Positions 37,281 through 52,200 of a stretch of 64,000 nucleotides of DNA are shown one piece after another. The stretch is taken from contig OX597822.1 of NCBI GenBank assembly GCA_951406725.2, forward strand, positions 115,816,001 through 115,880,000, in the 5' to 3' direction. The translations under genes and the position numbers were made by a program. Positions within the stretch are counted from its first letter, which is position 1. Each line of letters starts with the position of its first letter. The notes below the pieces were generated by a model. That model worked only from the letters and a program-made list of their open reading frames with translations. It ran no database searches and had not been told where the DNA came from. The DNA is from Octopus vulgaris. Its lineage: Eukaryota.

Positions 37281-40039
37281 AAACAGACCATTATTATTAT
37301 TATTGTTATTATTATCATTATTATTATTGAAGGTGGCAAATTAGCAGAATCCTTTGCATGCAGGGCAAAATGCTTAGCAGCATTTTGTCCAGGTTTACAT
37401 TCTGAGTTCAAATTCTACCAATGTTGACTTTGTCTTTTATCCTTACAGGGTCGATAAAATAAGTACCTGTTGAACACTAGGGTCAATGTAATTGGCTCAT
37501 CCCCTCCCCCAAAATTGCTGGCCTTGTACCAAAATTTGAAACCATTATTATACTACTACTACTACTACAATATGAGAGTAATGTAACTAGAACATCATAA
37601 GTTATGCAAAAGAGAAAGAAATAATGAGAACTAGCTTATGCAACAGCAGTGAAAGATATAGAGCAAAATGGCCTTTAAGAGATTTTGTTATTCCTGATTA
37701 TAAACCCATGTTGAACCAAGATCATAACAGTTGCTGTGCCATCGTTCCCTTTTGCCTAGAATATGATTTGTTCAAAGATATATCTGATAACAGTTGTTGC
37801 CTTTTTCAATGTTATAATGGGAGTCATACAACTATAACTCTTTTTGAACTTTCAAAGATATTATTTTCTTTATAAAATCATAATCAAAACTCATCAAAAA
37901 TCTTTTCAGGCAGGGAAACTACTTGAGAAAATTTTCTCTATTTTGAAAGGATATATTTCACATATATTTCATTTGTACACTCATTGAATATAAATACACA
38001 TCATAGAGCGAAGAAACTAGTTGCTTATTATGAGGCAACAGAACACGATTCTTTAGTTACTTGTAATATTCGTTTTGTCATTAATCATCTGTCATCTTAC
38101 ACTGATGCACTTAGAAATTCAAGGATAAAACTAATGAAGTCAAATTCATTTCGTTTTGAATTCAAGTGTTGTAATATTATGTTCCCCAACTACACAAGAA
38201 ATTTTACTATAATTAAGACGATCAAATTTATAGTTGCAATACTTCTGCACTAGAGAATGATGATTTTGAGGACTATTCTTCAGTTTGATTATTACCTATT
38301 TCTCATGGACATCTTGGACTCCAATATTTCAAGCACCGTATTAACAGTACCTTTGTTCTTTTGGCCTTTCTAATATAAAAGTGTCTCTACAGCCCCCAAA
38401 AAAATTTACAACAATTTTTCTTTTTAAATCAGCTACACATTACAACAATAAAATGTTTTATAACAATGAAATTTGCTTTGATGACATGGCTGAAGTAGTG
38501 GTGGTGGTGGTGGTAGTAGGTAGCAGATATTAAGATGTGGTGTTAATTTTTCTTCAATAGAGAAACGTTTCTTCAGTCTAAGAAGTTGGTAATCTGCAAC
38601 AAACATGGCAGTCAACGAAATATGAAGAATAAGGACCCATACGAAACAAACCACAACTAAGAAAATTAATGGAAAAGTTTTAGGCTTTGCATAATAACAT
38701 CTAGAAAAGTTTTTTCCATATACAAGAACATACGCCATTCCTTAATTGGAATGTAATAGATTAAAACTGGCTTCATTATGTCAAGAGTAAATAATCAAGA
38801 ACTTGATAGGGGGGACCCATGCTGGTTTGAGGACTGCATTTGATAATGAAAATAGGTCAACAATTGAAAAATACTTCCTTAGTGAAACAGAGGGTGGCAT
38901 AACATTGAAATATTAATATAAAATCAGATATTTTTAGTGAACATACATATTTAGCTTGTACTTGTCTAGTAGGTGACTTGGTCTATGACTATTGAAACCA
39001 GAGCAATTAAATCATGGAAAAGCCTTTCTTGTCTTTTATAATGCACAAAATAATTAAATTCACTTTAAATTTATTTCATAAGAGGCCAACATTTTCATCA
39101 TACAACTGTGACCTAGTCACCGACACAGTCGCATTGCAACTACGTAAAGATGATAATGAGGTTAAATTACATGGTTTTCTTTCTTAGTCTAGGAAAACAA
39201 AGCTAAACCCGGCTTGTCTCAATGTTTTTTACAGCTTCATTGGAAATCCTTTGCTCTACTTTTTACAGCAGGGTCAAAAATGTGTGTTTACTAAAAACTG
39301 CCCCCCCCCCCCCCACTCTCCCTCTCTCTCCTTTTTCCATCAGCACTGCCACCAAGTTAGCCAGGTGGAGAGAGTTGCTAAAACATCAGTGTAACAAAGC
39401 AAAACTTGTGAAAGTCTGCTTGAACTCCATGTCACAACAGTACACAAGGACGAGCAAGCTGCAAGTTCACTGAATGATATATCTGTGCTTTGGAACCATA
39501 ATGAAGGCAGCCACTCTATGAGGCCACTTCAGATAAAAACCTAATAGTCAAGCCAATATAATTTTTGTTCTGCAACCATTTATAAAACCTAATGATTTTA
39601 GTAGCATGGAGTGTTTCAAACAAAGTAGCAAGGTGTTGTGAAAACTAAATTTTCCATTTATTATGCACAGGTATTGCATTATTAATGCAGAAGGTCCCCT
39701 TGTGTTGAGCTTAAATATCTTAGAGATCATATTCTCATATATTTTTTGTAGTCTTCAAATTTTTCTAAAGAATGTGTTTTTATGGGTGCATGCATTTTAT
39801 GGTAACCACCAGCCATATAATACCTAAAGATGATACATTTTGGGTAGTACATGGCTGGGGGTGGTAGATTTTGGATAAAACATAGCTGGTGGTTACCTAA
39901 AAATGCATGCACACACACATTATCAACTTTATGTATGTAAACCCGCAAAATAATGAAAATAGGAAAAAGAGCTTGTGAGACTTGATTTCGCAGATTTGGC
40001 CAGGTAAAAGTTGCAAGGGAAGGGAGCAGAGTTCAAGCC

Positions 40040-41440
40040 ACCATCAAATGGCTGCTACAAGGGATGTATATCTAATTGGCTGTTGGGACATAAGAAGCTT
40101 GATTGACAATGAAGTATCTGCTGAAAGAAAAAAACTTGTTTCCCTTGCATGGAATTTGCTTAAGTACACAACGGATACTGTGGCCTTATTTGAAACCCAT
40201 TTTACTGGCAAGGGTCAATATTCTGAAACAAGAGGTGACAACACTATTTTTTTATGTGGAAAAGACAATTAGGAGAGAGTGTTTAGAGTTAGTTTTGCTG
40301 TTAAGAAAATATTAATCCAATATTTTACTGAATAATTAATTACCTGGCTTAAATTATGGATCTGTGTCTATACTTCTGTCTTTTGGTCACTCAGTAACAT
40401 TGATCAGTATGATTGTGATGATGATGATAAAAATCTTTTTTATGAGCAACTAAAAAGCATTATTGAGGAATTTTCAGCTGGAGATAAAGTAATAATTTCA
40501 GAGAGACAATAATTCAGAAATTGGTAAAAATTTTGAAATATGAATGATGTTTAGGGCATCATGAAACGAAACAATAAAAGTTAAAACTTCAATGGTTTAC
40601 TTATGCCACAACAAGTGTGCTCAGAATTGAATTTTACTGTAGCATTTTCTTTGGCCAGAAACCGATTTACAAAAGGAACTCAGATTCCAAGAAATGACAA
40701 TGATTGATTATGTTCAAACTAGAAAAGATTTGAATGATGTGAGAGGATGTCTTGGTTTTAAGAAGTACAGTATTTGAAGAGATCACATTGCATAACCTAA
40801 ACACAAGTTCAAAATTAGAAAAGATGTTCAATGTTTCAAAAGGTTTGATGTTGAAAAGCTAAAGAAAAATATGTCAGGCAAAGGGATTAAAGAAAGGATT
40901 TAATTTATTGGTAGATACCACTAAATGGGATGATTTCAAAGACCAAGGTTAACCAAATTTCAAAAGCAGTAACAGAGTTGCAAAATCCAAAAGTAAAGCT
41001 TGATTTGACAATAAAAAGCATAAAACAAACAAACCCATAGCTGTCACACTTGCAAAATTGTAGACTGAGGTGGATAAATACATCACTCGTATGAAAGAGA
41101 AAGGAAATGCAAAGTGCCGACTCTATAGAGAAGAACTATGTTCTGAGACATTGCAAACCTCAGGATAAAGACTGCCTTAAATTTGTTTTGAACAAAAAAA
41201 ATGCAAACTTCATCTGGAAAGTTAAGAAATACTGGCAACTGATAGGGTGTCTGAAGAGAAAACACACTCAAAACGTCCGTCCATACATTTTGAAAAGAAC
41301 TGCATCAAAGATGCAAAGCTGAAAGGAAATACAAGGAACGGTAACTCCATTGATATCAATCATAACATCAAATGTTCAACTTGTAACTAATTTTCTCTAT
41401 CTTAAGCCGATCTTGTTAATCACTTGAGGCTATATGAATA
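40040..41440 (+). mobile_element. Highly degenerate RTE-clade LINE (APE endonuclease N-terminus to C-terminus, internally deleted)
   Basis: IGCWDIRSLID...ERK...LAWNLLKYTTDTVALFETHFTGKGQ.SE.RG.NTIF.CGK resembles the RTE endonuclease start (WNVRTL..ERR.AL.A.EL.RY..DI.ALSET). Confidence 0.7.
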
Positions 41441-41899
41441 AAAGCTATCAATTAATAAATCTTGGCTACCTGAAAGTATGGAAATCACACAATAAAATGT
41501 CTTTTTACTGGGAGTCGAAAAAGACACACGTCTGTAGAGAATGCCAAATGTCATGATTCTGCATGGCATTTAACTGAAAACAGCTGTGTATGTGATGGTC
41601 GCAGCAAACACCGAAGATCATCAGCTCAGCTAAAAGGACACCATCTTAGCTTTGCAGCTTATCAACATGTAATGGTCATACACATTTTGAAGTCAACTGC
41701 CATCAGTTGCATGTGTGTGTGTGTGTGTGTGTGTGTGTTAACAGTCCCATTTATAATGGGAAAAACCACAATAAAGATAAAATTAGGTCAAGTGCCCAGA
41801 CACTGGTATCCTAAGACCTGGGGTGGCACTTAAAATGAATGGCTCTTGACTGTGGATTCATGACCAAGAGTGGATGTGATGTACTGATAAATCCAATTC

Positions 41900-42950
41900 T
41901 CATTCCAACCAAAGTTAAAAGTTTGTATAAAATGCAGAAAGTGGGAGGTGCCCATCTGATGCAAAAAAAACCCTTTTCTTGCGAGTAAAGACTGGTTTGA
42001 GGGGGTCAAGAGGCACCTGAATTGACACAACACTAAAATGGGCAGCCAAACTGGCCAGTGCTGCAACCAATTATCAAAGAGGAGCTGAAGAAAAATCATC
42101 AGTGAAGGAGGTTAAATATCAGAACAAAAAAAAAAAGAAGAAAAAAAGAGTACAACACAGATAAAAACCAGGAATTTTCTCAAAGAACATATCTTCCAGG
42201 AACTTTATTTCTACTGAGATAAAACCAGCACCAGATTTAAAGGTTTCCAAAAGTCAGTTGATGCTTCTTGTGCAAGGAAATGCTACAGGTGATATGAAAT
42301 GAAAGACCCTGCTTGCGTGTCACTTCAAAAATCCAAGACCTTTCAAGGGTTATAGTAAATTTGATGTAATTGTCATTCAGCATTCAAATAAGGATTGGCA
42401 AGAAATCTTTTCCAAGACAAGTTAACGAGCATTTTTTGCCTCTAGTAGAAAGGTGCAGTATCAGCTACAATATTTCCAATGAAGCATTCATCTTTCTAGA
42501 ACAATGCACTCCACTGAACCCAAAAGAAATTTTTCTGATAAAGTTTGTGAAATAGATTCCCAAGAATATAATATTGCTCCAGTCAACAGGTCAAAGCATG
42601 AGAGCTAACGACAAGGCATATTATCTGAAAATAACTTTGAAACAACATGTAAAAGTAACTGATGAGGAGGATAAGTCTACAGTTAAAGATTTCTGGAAGA
42701 AGAAGTCCATCATAGATGCAGTGAATAACACAGACAAGTTATGAGAAATCCTAAGCTACAGTATAATGACCAGACTCTATCCATGATTCCAACTGTTTTG
42801 TCATCACCAGTAAGTCTAAAACAAGTTCAGCAAGTCATGCTGACACTGGCATATGACAGCTTGAAGAATTGATCAATAACCAAGCAATGGAGTTGCTAGG
42901 TTCCCACTGAGAAAGTTTTCCTAATGAGGTGTCAATAATGCGAGAACCAG
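41900..42950 (+). mobile_element. pogo/Tigger-like DNA transposon remnant
   Basis: Decayed F.AS.GWF..., SRNFISTEIKPAPDLKVSK.QLMLL..GNATGD.K.K motifs of the Tigger/CENP-B-type transposase. Confidence 0.7.
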
Positions 42951-43516
42951 AGCAGGCCAAGAAGAGAATACAAAAGCTACAAAGCTACACTCATTCCACT
43001 TCAAGCTGACAGTCAAGAATAAACGGTTGGAACTTACAGAAGAAAGTTTGCTAGTCTCTGCAGAGAATGGTTCTGGTTACAAACATAACAGACAAAAATT
43101 ACAAAAGGAGTTCATAATAAACTCAGTTCTTGGATTGAATTTTGCAAAGACATAGAATGCCTGAAGCCAATACTCTACAGTCCTTCTTCCAGCAGCAGGC
43201 ACCCCTTCATGCACCAGTTCCCACCACATGGCCATCAACATCATTTATGTACTACACATGTATTACTGCAATGTTACTATATTATTTATTTCTCTTCAAA
43301 TGTTTTCACACATCCATGCTTTATGCAGCATGCGTTTCAAAAGTGATATTTTCAGCAGAATGCAGATCAATTTAGGATATGGAAACCAATGGCAAAATAC
43401 ACTTCATATGAGGAAATCTCATGTTATGGAGGATATTCAGGAGTGAGGAAGGCCTCTTTTGCTTCCCCCTTCTCTCTCTCTCTCACAGAGAGAGAGAGAG
43501 AGAGAGAGAACAGAGA

Positions 43517-43556
<40 letters not shown>

Positions 43557-45568
43557 GGAAAAGTGCTCAGGAGAATCCTCCTCTGCAGAATAAAATATCA
43601 AAATGAAGAAATGGTGGGAGAGGGTAAGTTTTATTTCAGACTTGAGAGAAGATGGCTATGCCACACTACAATTTTAGAGTCAGATGAATAATTATGAAAG
43701 CAAAACATCAAGCTAATTTCTCTTCCACTTTATTGATTCAGAAGCTGCTTCCGACACGATCTGGTGGAAGGTCCCATGGAAACTGATGACAGTTATAAGT
43801 ACAGACATGAAGACAGAGCAAATTATAGAGGGAAACAGCAGATGTGCAATGACCATGGACAGCTGAATGGATTGTTCTGAAGTATTGAGTACACCTAAGA
43901 CAAGAATTGCCAGCTGTCCCCCCAGCCATTCTAAAATCTTCTAGAAAGTTGTCACTAAAGAACTGAATGACTTCAATGAAAGTCTGGCACTCATTGAATC
44001 CTCTCTCTCCATAGTTAGGTGGATGAAACAAACCTAACACCCATGATATTTGACAAATTAAAGATATCCACGAAACAGAGACAAAACATGAAGAAAAAAG
44101 AAGCATGAAAATAAATGGCACCAATTTTAAGATTCTTTGACTTATTGGAGAAATTATCAGGTTGTATGGTTCAACAGTAGAACACATTACAGTGTTTGCT
44201 TTCTGTGAGTATCATACCAAATGGATTAGAAGACATGAAGAAATGGATCTCATTAGCAAATCCACTGTTTACAACATTAAGAAAGGCTTCTGGAACAGAA
44301 AACCTTTGATTCTATTTCCTCAATTGCCACCCACAGCTCAGAGATATGCACTGTAAAAATCTGAAGGTAGAGGGAGAAATTTTGGAACAGAGTAATCTTG
44401 GTCTATGCTAAGAATATCAATGAGACAGCCAAGAGAATACTTGTCTATCAAAGAGCTTTTCACATGACATGCATCATTACTGAGATAAATAGGAGGAAAC
44501 TGTAATCGTTCAACCGTGTAATAAGAAAGCTATCCAATAACAATATAGTGCAGGCATTCAGCCAAGACATTCCAAACACAAGACTAATGGCACTAAGAGA
44601 CCTAAAAAATGGATTGCTCAGATTCATGAAGATACAGAGTGGCAAGTGACACCGGAAAGCCTTGCATTCATTCACTCACAGACTAGATGGATGAAGAGGG
44701 GAACAGATGAGGCAGAAGAAGAACCAGAATGGATGAGAAAAGTGTGGAAGGGTAAAAGAGGTGAGAAAATGGTGGCTTCTAATAGAGGAGGAGAAATGTT
44801 GAAAGTGAATGATGGATCTAAATAACAGGTGGCACAGTGGCACGGGGGAGTACAGAAGGAATAATGCTAGATGGAGAGTAAGCACTACATGATGATCCCT
44901 TAAACATATGCTTTGACATGGAAGGGGCCAAAGATTATGAAACTGAGGGAGAGAGGTATTGAGTGCATCTATTTCTATATAAATGAATAGAGAGAAAGAT
45001 GGACAGACAGACAGGCAGGCATAATGGTTGTGTCACTAAGAATTTTGCTTAAGAACTACATAGAATGGTGTTTGGTTCAAGTGTATGGACACTGCCAACT
45101 GGTATCTTCTACAAGAGCTCCAGGCTGACCAATATCATGAGAGTGAAATTGATAGATGTAAACTGAAGAATCCCATTGTGTGCATGTGTGTGTTGGTTCA
45201 TGTTTACCCTCCTCTTCACATGCATTTGCTGACAGCAAACAATGACCTCACCTTTCATAGAGACAGTGTCGTTAGCTTGCAGTCCATGTTGAATGCGTGT
45301 CTGGTTTCCCAACTAGTTGCACAATTTCGTAGCAAAACACTCTCCATTCATACAAATGATTGTTTGTTTCCAAGTCTCCCACGTAAACATGGCTGTTCAT
45401 TGTTTGATAATATTCTGACTAATATATGTAAATTTATATTGCGGGCTCCTCAGTATATTGAGGGTTTCTGTGTCTGATAGGTATTTATATTTTTTTGAAT
45501 TTTAATTATTTCTGTGGGAGGTTTTGGAACATAACACCTGCGATAGTCGAGGGATCAGTGTATGTATG

Positions 45569-45605
<37 letters not shown>

Positions 45606-47822
45606 TACAACACATTTTGATACTCATGTGCATTTTCAACATCCCACAAACCAACTCCCCTATATTCTTTCCTGTGAGGGAATACACTTTTTCTCCCTGT
45701 ATGTGTATGTGTGTGTATACATATACACCACACACACATATATACACATGTATGTATCTCAACTTTGATCTTATTTCATGAAAGATACAACAACACAAGA
45801 ATTACGCAGAATTGGATTACAGTGCTGGGACATGTAATATTCTTAATTAATTGTCAATTTAAATAGAATAATTCCTTAAGCCATTTGACCAACCCAAGTT
45901 TTAAAGTGACCTAAATTAGAACAGTTCATCAGATTTTGATGTTAATCCATATTCCAAACACCTGCCTAACAATTACGAAGGTGTTTTACAAAATGTCTCT
46001 TTCTTTCCAAAAATTAATTGAAACAAAAGTACTGAATTCCAACCAAAATACAGAAACGAAAGTGTTAAGGTAATAAAGTAGAAGGAAACTTGACCAGACT
46101 CTGTAGACTTGTAAAATAAATGATTACTGAGATAGAAAGGAAACCAAGTTCAACAGACATTGTCAAGAATTATCTTCTGGTGATTTAAAGAATTCCGTCA
46201 TGCATCAAAACAAACTTATAGGTTGCTATGTCATTTTATGAATAATATGTCACAGCAATATGCAGAAACAAGGAAGGACTCACATCAGTGAATACATCTT
46301 TCTACTTTTACCAAACTACAAGTTGGTAGCAATTTGTTTGAACACAGTTTAACCCTTGCTTTACAACAAACAACATTATACAACCAAAGCTGGAATGGAA
46401 GGCTTAAAATAAGATCTTATAAAATTCAAACACGTTAGGTCGACATCAAAGTTATATTCATCATCAATTTATGAGATCAGATAAAAACAGCAGAAAAAAA
46501 AGCAAACTAACTGAAACTGGAAGCTTTGGTAATGAAAAATAAAATTGTAAAATAAAACAATATTTTTACAAAGTAATGATAATTTCTGGTGCCAATGCTT
46601 TTCCTAAGAGCCAAGCAATATAGTAAAATGAACTCAAGCTTCTGCACAAGATGCTCGTTGTATGCCAGGTTCATATTTCTTGACAGTTTTCTTTATCTAT
46701 TTTTAGTTAATGGGTCTGGAGGGAAACACAGTGTGCATGGCCCCTTCTGGCAATTCCAAGACCAGTGATGTTTCATTTGAACTGTTGCAAGGACCAATAT
46801 TCTGCAGAGAAAAGACTGAGTGGTTGACGTGTGGTTAGGTGTTGGGTACAACAAGGGAGAGATGAGTGAATCAAGAGTGCCTGAGTGTTGAAGGTAATGA
46901 GAGCAGATAGCTGCAAGGAGCTGAGGCCATAGCAGTTGTGGCAGAAAAGATGGAAGAACAAACGGCAAACCTGCAAAACCCATATTAATCGCTTACATAA
47001 AGGAAACCATTTGAGTTCATGAGAAGAATGGAATCCTTACAATGAGCATAATCCTCTGTAGGATATCCACTATCAAAATCCAAGTTACCTAAAGATTAAA
47101 AACTTTGTTTCTCAGGGTAGATTACCAAGTTAATGTCACGTGCTCTAGATTCACTACTATTTAAAATTGCTGCAAAGAGATTACAAGGAAGCAGCACCAC
47201 TTTCATTAAATGTTCTTTTTCCCAAACCAGTTCATGTTTGCCAAGTACAACCACGATTTCTGTTCCCTTACTAAATGTATAACCCCAAACTTTAAGCAGT
47301 CCCTGTTTTATTTATTCTATTCAGTCCAGTAGATGCTCTGCAACCAGTAAACTTAGGGATCAAGGACAAGAATATTGTCCCAAATTTTGTCTTTAGCTCA
47401 ACCTTCAGCCAAATTTATTTTACTTGTCTTGGTTTTTCTGTTTTCTTCAGCAAATATCTTCGCCAAATCTTTGACTGCAGCAAATAATTTCAGAAAATGA
47501 GCCGAAGTATGGGAGGCAAAGAGGATGGCATCACAAGATTCTGCTATCTACTAAAACCAGATTCTAAATACTGGCAAATTATGCATTGATACAACTAATT
47601 ACTATATCAACTCCTAACTACAATGGTATGACAACAACAAAAAACAAACACAACTCCAGTTCTCTCCAACATTTCTATCAGTCTTCTTCATGTCTGACAT
47701 GTGCAGGATGTCTGGGAACTTGAGTAGGGAAGGAGAAACGAGAATCTGTAACGAAGTTGTGATGATTGATTTGTAAGTGGAGCTAATAGCTTCAACTGGA
47801 ATGAAAACCGAGTTACAAATGC

Positions 47823-47935
47823 TATTTGCTGTAGAGCAGAGCTTACCATTAAACTGTATTATTTGCTGTAGAGCAGAGCTTACCATTAAACTGTATTATT
47901 TGCTGTAGAGCAGAGCTTACCATTAAACTGTATTA
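47823..47935. repeat. 37-bp tandem repeat x3 (tatttgctgtagagcagagcttaccattaaactgtat)
   Basis: Three consecutive copies. Confidence 0.9.
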
Positions 47936-48128
47936 TAGAGTATGCAACAGTTGAACGAGAACAATGGCAGCGACACAACAGGACAGTTATTAAAGCACAA
48001 CTTTTTATCCAGCCTGCTCTTACCTTCCCAGCTCAAAGAATGACACCAGAATTATCTAAACAAATATCAAACTAAAGAGCCGTTGTTCAGCTCACAAATG
48101 TCTTTTGTTGATATGCAGTATGTGCAGA

Positions 48129-48165
<37 letters not shown>

Positions 48166-48964
48166 CATACACACACACATATATATATACATACACACAC
48201 ACTCATACTCTGGACTACCAACAATAACAAGGAATGCCATGCTATATCATAAAGCTTTCAACTAAAATCCTGCTTTTGCTTTTACTTGATGACTGGGAAG
48301 CTACGATGAAATCAAGTCAGAGTAGTAGCAGCATGCTATATCTTACTGTCCATTTTCTTAACATTTCCAGACAGAAACTAGTTTAGAACACAAGCAGTTT
48401 GTCTTGGAGGTAGTTTTGCATTGTGAAAGAGAATTACCATAATCATAGCCACAAGGCTGACAATCCATATCCTTCATTTTGCTGATAGTATTATCAAAAT
48501 ACTGAACATAAAACGAAATATTCAATGACACCAGGAATTTAAATTGTTCCTATATTTAGTGAATATAGCGAACAGCCAACGCACTAACATCTCACACCAA
48601 GAATCTATGGAGCAGCTGAACTTACAGATTAATCCATACATGTGTTTCCAAACAGACAGACAAGATAGATAAAGAAGAAGCTGAAAGGGCACCAGTGCAA
48701 CTGATAAAATTCAATAACAAGTCCAGACATACAAAGCATTCGTGTGTGTGTTGAGAGAGCCCACGTTGTGTGTGCATGTGTGAATATTACAGCCAAACGT
48801 AAAAACTATATCAAACATTAATTAAAGGATCACTCAATATACGTTTATTTTTATAAAAAAGAGAATGACACTGAGAGGAACTCTGAATTTTTTTACTGGT
48901 CATTGGCTTTGCAAGATACGGATAAAGCTAATGGTCAGCAAATCATTGATGCTATTTTTGCTTG

Positions 48965-49010
<46 letters not shown>

Positions 49011-49121
49011 CACACACACACACATATATATACATATATATATACACACACACACACACACATACATGTATGTATATAAAAGGATAAAAATACCAATGTT
49101 TTCTGTGTTTCTGATTATATG

Positions 49122-49169
<48 letters not shown>

Positions 49170-49171
49170 CT

Positions 49172-49205
<34 letters not shown>

Positions 49206-52200
49206 TTTTCGTGCATGTGTGTGTATTTATATACATATAGTGGGTTGGGAGTATCATAGACAAAGAGCCGATTCCTGTAACCGAAAAACCTGTTACAGAA
49301 GTGTATAAGACCAGTAAGTTAATTATTCCTCTCTGACCAAGAAACAATGAACCAAAACAATCAAAACAACCAAAACAATCGGTATGGAGCACCAGAAGCA
49401 TGATGGTAACCGATTGATATGCATATTCTTTCCAGATAACACCACACAAAGTCTGTCGGTTCCTTAAGGAATCTACAGGAATTGGATGCGGAGATAATCA
49501 AGATTTAATGTCTGGTGTTGTAGAGTATTACTTAAATGTTGATTAAGGAAAACGGTGTTTTATGAGTGATTGCCATTGGTATTCCAGTTGCTCTCAGCCA
49601 TTGGTGTTTGTGTTTAGTCAATGAGCTGATTGGATAAATGAACAGCAGAGTTTAGAAGATTGGATACTGGAAGAGAGAAGCTGATTCTCAAGCGATGATA
49701 GGAAACCAAAACATAAAAACATTCTGAATTGGGGCAGTCGCTTGTACAGCTTTATGTAAATGTGGTGTGGTTTGTGTGTGTGGGGGGGGGGGGGGGAGAG
49801 TGAGAGCGGGAGGGAGGACATGATCTATAATATGTAAATGTCTGATGTGGGCGGTATATTTGAACAGTAAAGAGTATACAAACTACATGGGTGTTTGTGT
49901 ATGTGGGTGTATATTTTATGTCACTAATGTGTATGTTGAAGTGTGCGTATCAGTGTGTGACTGAGTTTGTGTACGTGTACGTGTGTGTGTGTGTGCACAT
50001 ATATATATATATATATATATACAGTATTGGTATGAGTGTGGATTTGTATATACAAAAGAAGAGTATTTCAATGCAATCCTCCACCCATCTCTTTTGTTGC
50101 TGTTGGCCACATCTCTGGGACATCTGAATTGATGATAACAATAGCTGGATAAGCTTTGACAATACACTCAATTATTCTAGACTATTAGGCACACACAAAA
50201 ATATATAAATAAATAAAGACAAATCAACATCAATAAAGGATGTTTTTAGTCAATGCTGTTGTTGTTGATGTTGTTGTCATACAGTGGTGAGGGAGATGGC
50301 AGGGGGGAGGAGGGGGGGATTCCGAGTAAATGTGGATGAAACGTTGGTAATTTATTTTGAAATAAACAAACATATAAATAAATAAATTAGGATAAAAGGA
50401 TTCTAGAACTGGACTAGAAATGAAAGTTTGCATAAACTTTGTTGGCCACTCTAAAAGACAATGGGTGAAGCAGAAGAAGCATGGAGCGGAGATTAAATGG
50501 AAATACTTCTCATGAGGAGGAGAAGTATTATACACAACAATAGGGCAATTAGGTGTGGAAAGGAGGAGAAGCTGGAAAAAACAACATCCTGATAGTGAAT
50601 AGTGTTGTGGTTTTGGTTATTGTAGAGAATGGTTGTGATGCTGTAGATGCTGTGTCGTTGGTGATGGTAGAGCTATGAAGACAGCAGCTATGGTGGTCAT
50701 GGTGGATAAATAAATTAATGGTAGTACCGATTGATATTGGAGAGTGGAATTGGTGCTAGTAGACATGTTTAGTCAAAGATCAGTTTGAATCAAGCAAACT
50801 TACAATCAAAGGACATCCACCCATGGCCCACCTTTTCCTTTTCTAGAGCTATGTTGGACTATATCCACCAATGCAGTCTTTCCTTAAGACAGTAGAGTAT
50901 AATTTGAAAGAATTGGCTGTTATTTCTAGTAGGGTAGGTTTGGTGAGCATAGAGGTTCCCTCATGGATCATGTGGAATGCAATGGTGGTGGTAGGTTGAC
51001 TCCGGCTGTGCTGGAAAGCATTTGATACCTACAAACAAAGTCCCAATGCTTGTTTTTAGATTTCAAGATTTGTTTATTGACTGCATGGATAATCTCAGTT
51101 TATCAAAGTTCTTCCACTTGCTACATTAAATATGAGGAACTCCATCATATTTCTATGTGGTATGCAAAGCACAACCCCTAAGGTATTTTCCTTCGTCCAC
51201 ACAATTGATGTTACAATTAACATTAGTATTGGTAGTGTTACCAGTAATAGGGAATGAAAGTGATGTTGATAAAGGGATGTGGGTGAATGATGATGTGCAC
51301 TTATTTATAGGAGCTCTCAAACAGATAAACCATTGAAGAGAAAGTTGAAGAGACTGCTGGAGTAGTTTCATTCTAATTACACCAGGAGAGGAGAGAAAAC
51401 GAAGACAAAATAATTTGCTTCCTATAGAATGATAAAAATGAAAGGTTGTGGAGGAAAGTCTTTGATCCATCAAAAGTAACTAAAAACGGTTGGTAAAAGG
51501 TGGATTTGGGGAAATGGTGAGGAAAAATATAAACAGAATTACAACTAGAGGAAAAATACCAGAAATCTTTTAAAAGAAAAGCGACAGAATGGTTGAATGG
51601 AAGGACAATTCAAAATCGAAATTCTCTTCACGGTTGGTTATATAGAACAATATACTAAAGACTGTGGCAGAGTCTCTGTCACTGAAACATTACAATTTGA
51701 AAATTACAGAAGTAATTGTAACCACAGCCCAAAATATTTCTAACACAAGGCTAGAAGTTTGGGTGGGAGTAAGGAATACTAAATTAAAAAGAGCAAATAA
51801 CATAATCGGTACTTAATTTTATCAAACCTAGAGGGGTAAGAAGGAAAGCTGATCTCAGCAGGATTCAGTTTCCGAATGTAGAACGATTAATGTTGCAAGA
51901 CATTTCGTACAAAGCTCTAACAATTCTGCCAATTCACCATTCTCAATAAGAATATGGCACAAATAAGTTAGTAAAAGTGGAGTTGTTTACACTGAAATCA
52001 AATGAAATGAAAAAAAAAAAAAAGTAATCGTATATACCGTATATATATATATATATATGATGAACTCACAAGAAGACCAAAGAACTATACTAACTGAGGA
52101 TTATACTGACTACCAAATTGTAGCTGCTCTCTTCAAGGTATCATAGGCCATCCTACAGGTGAGTACTGACTGTAGGACCATTCACTCAGGTTGTGCTTGC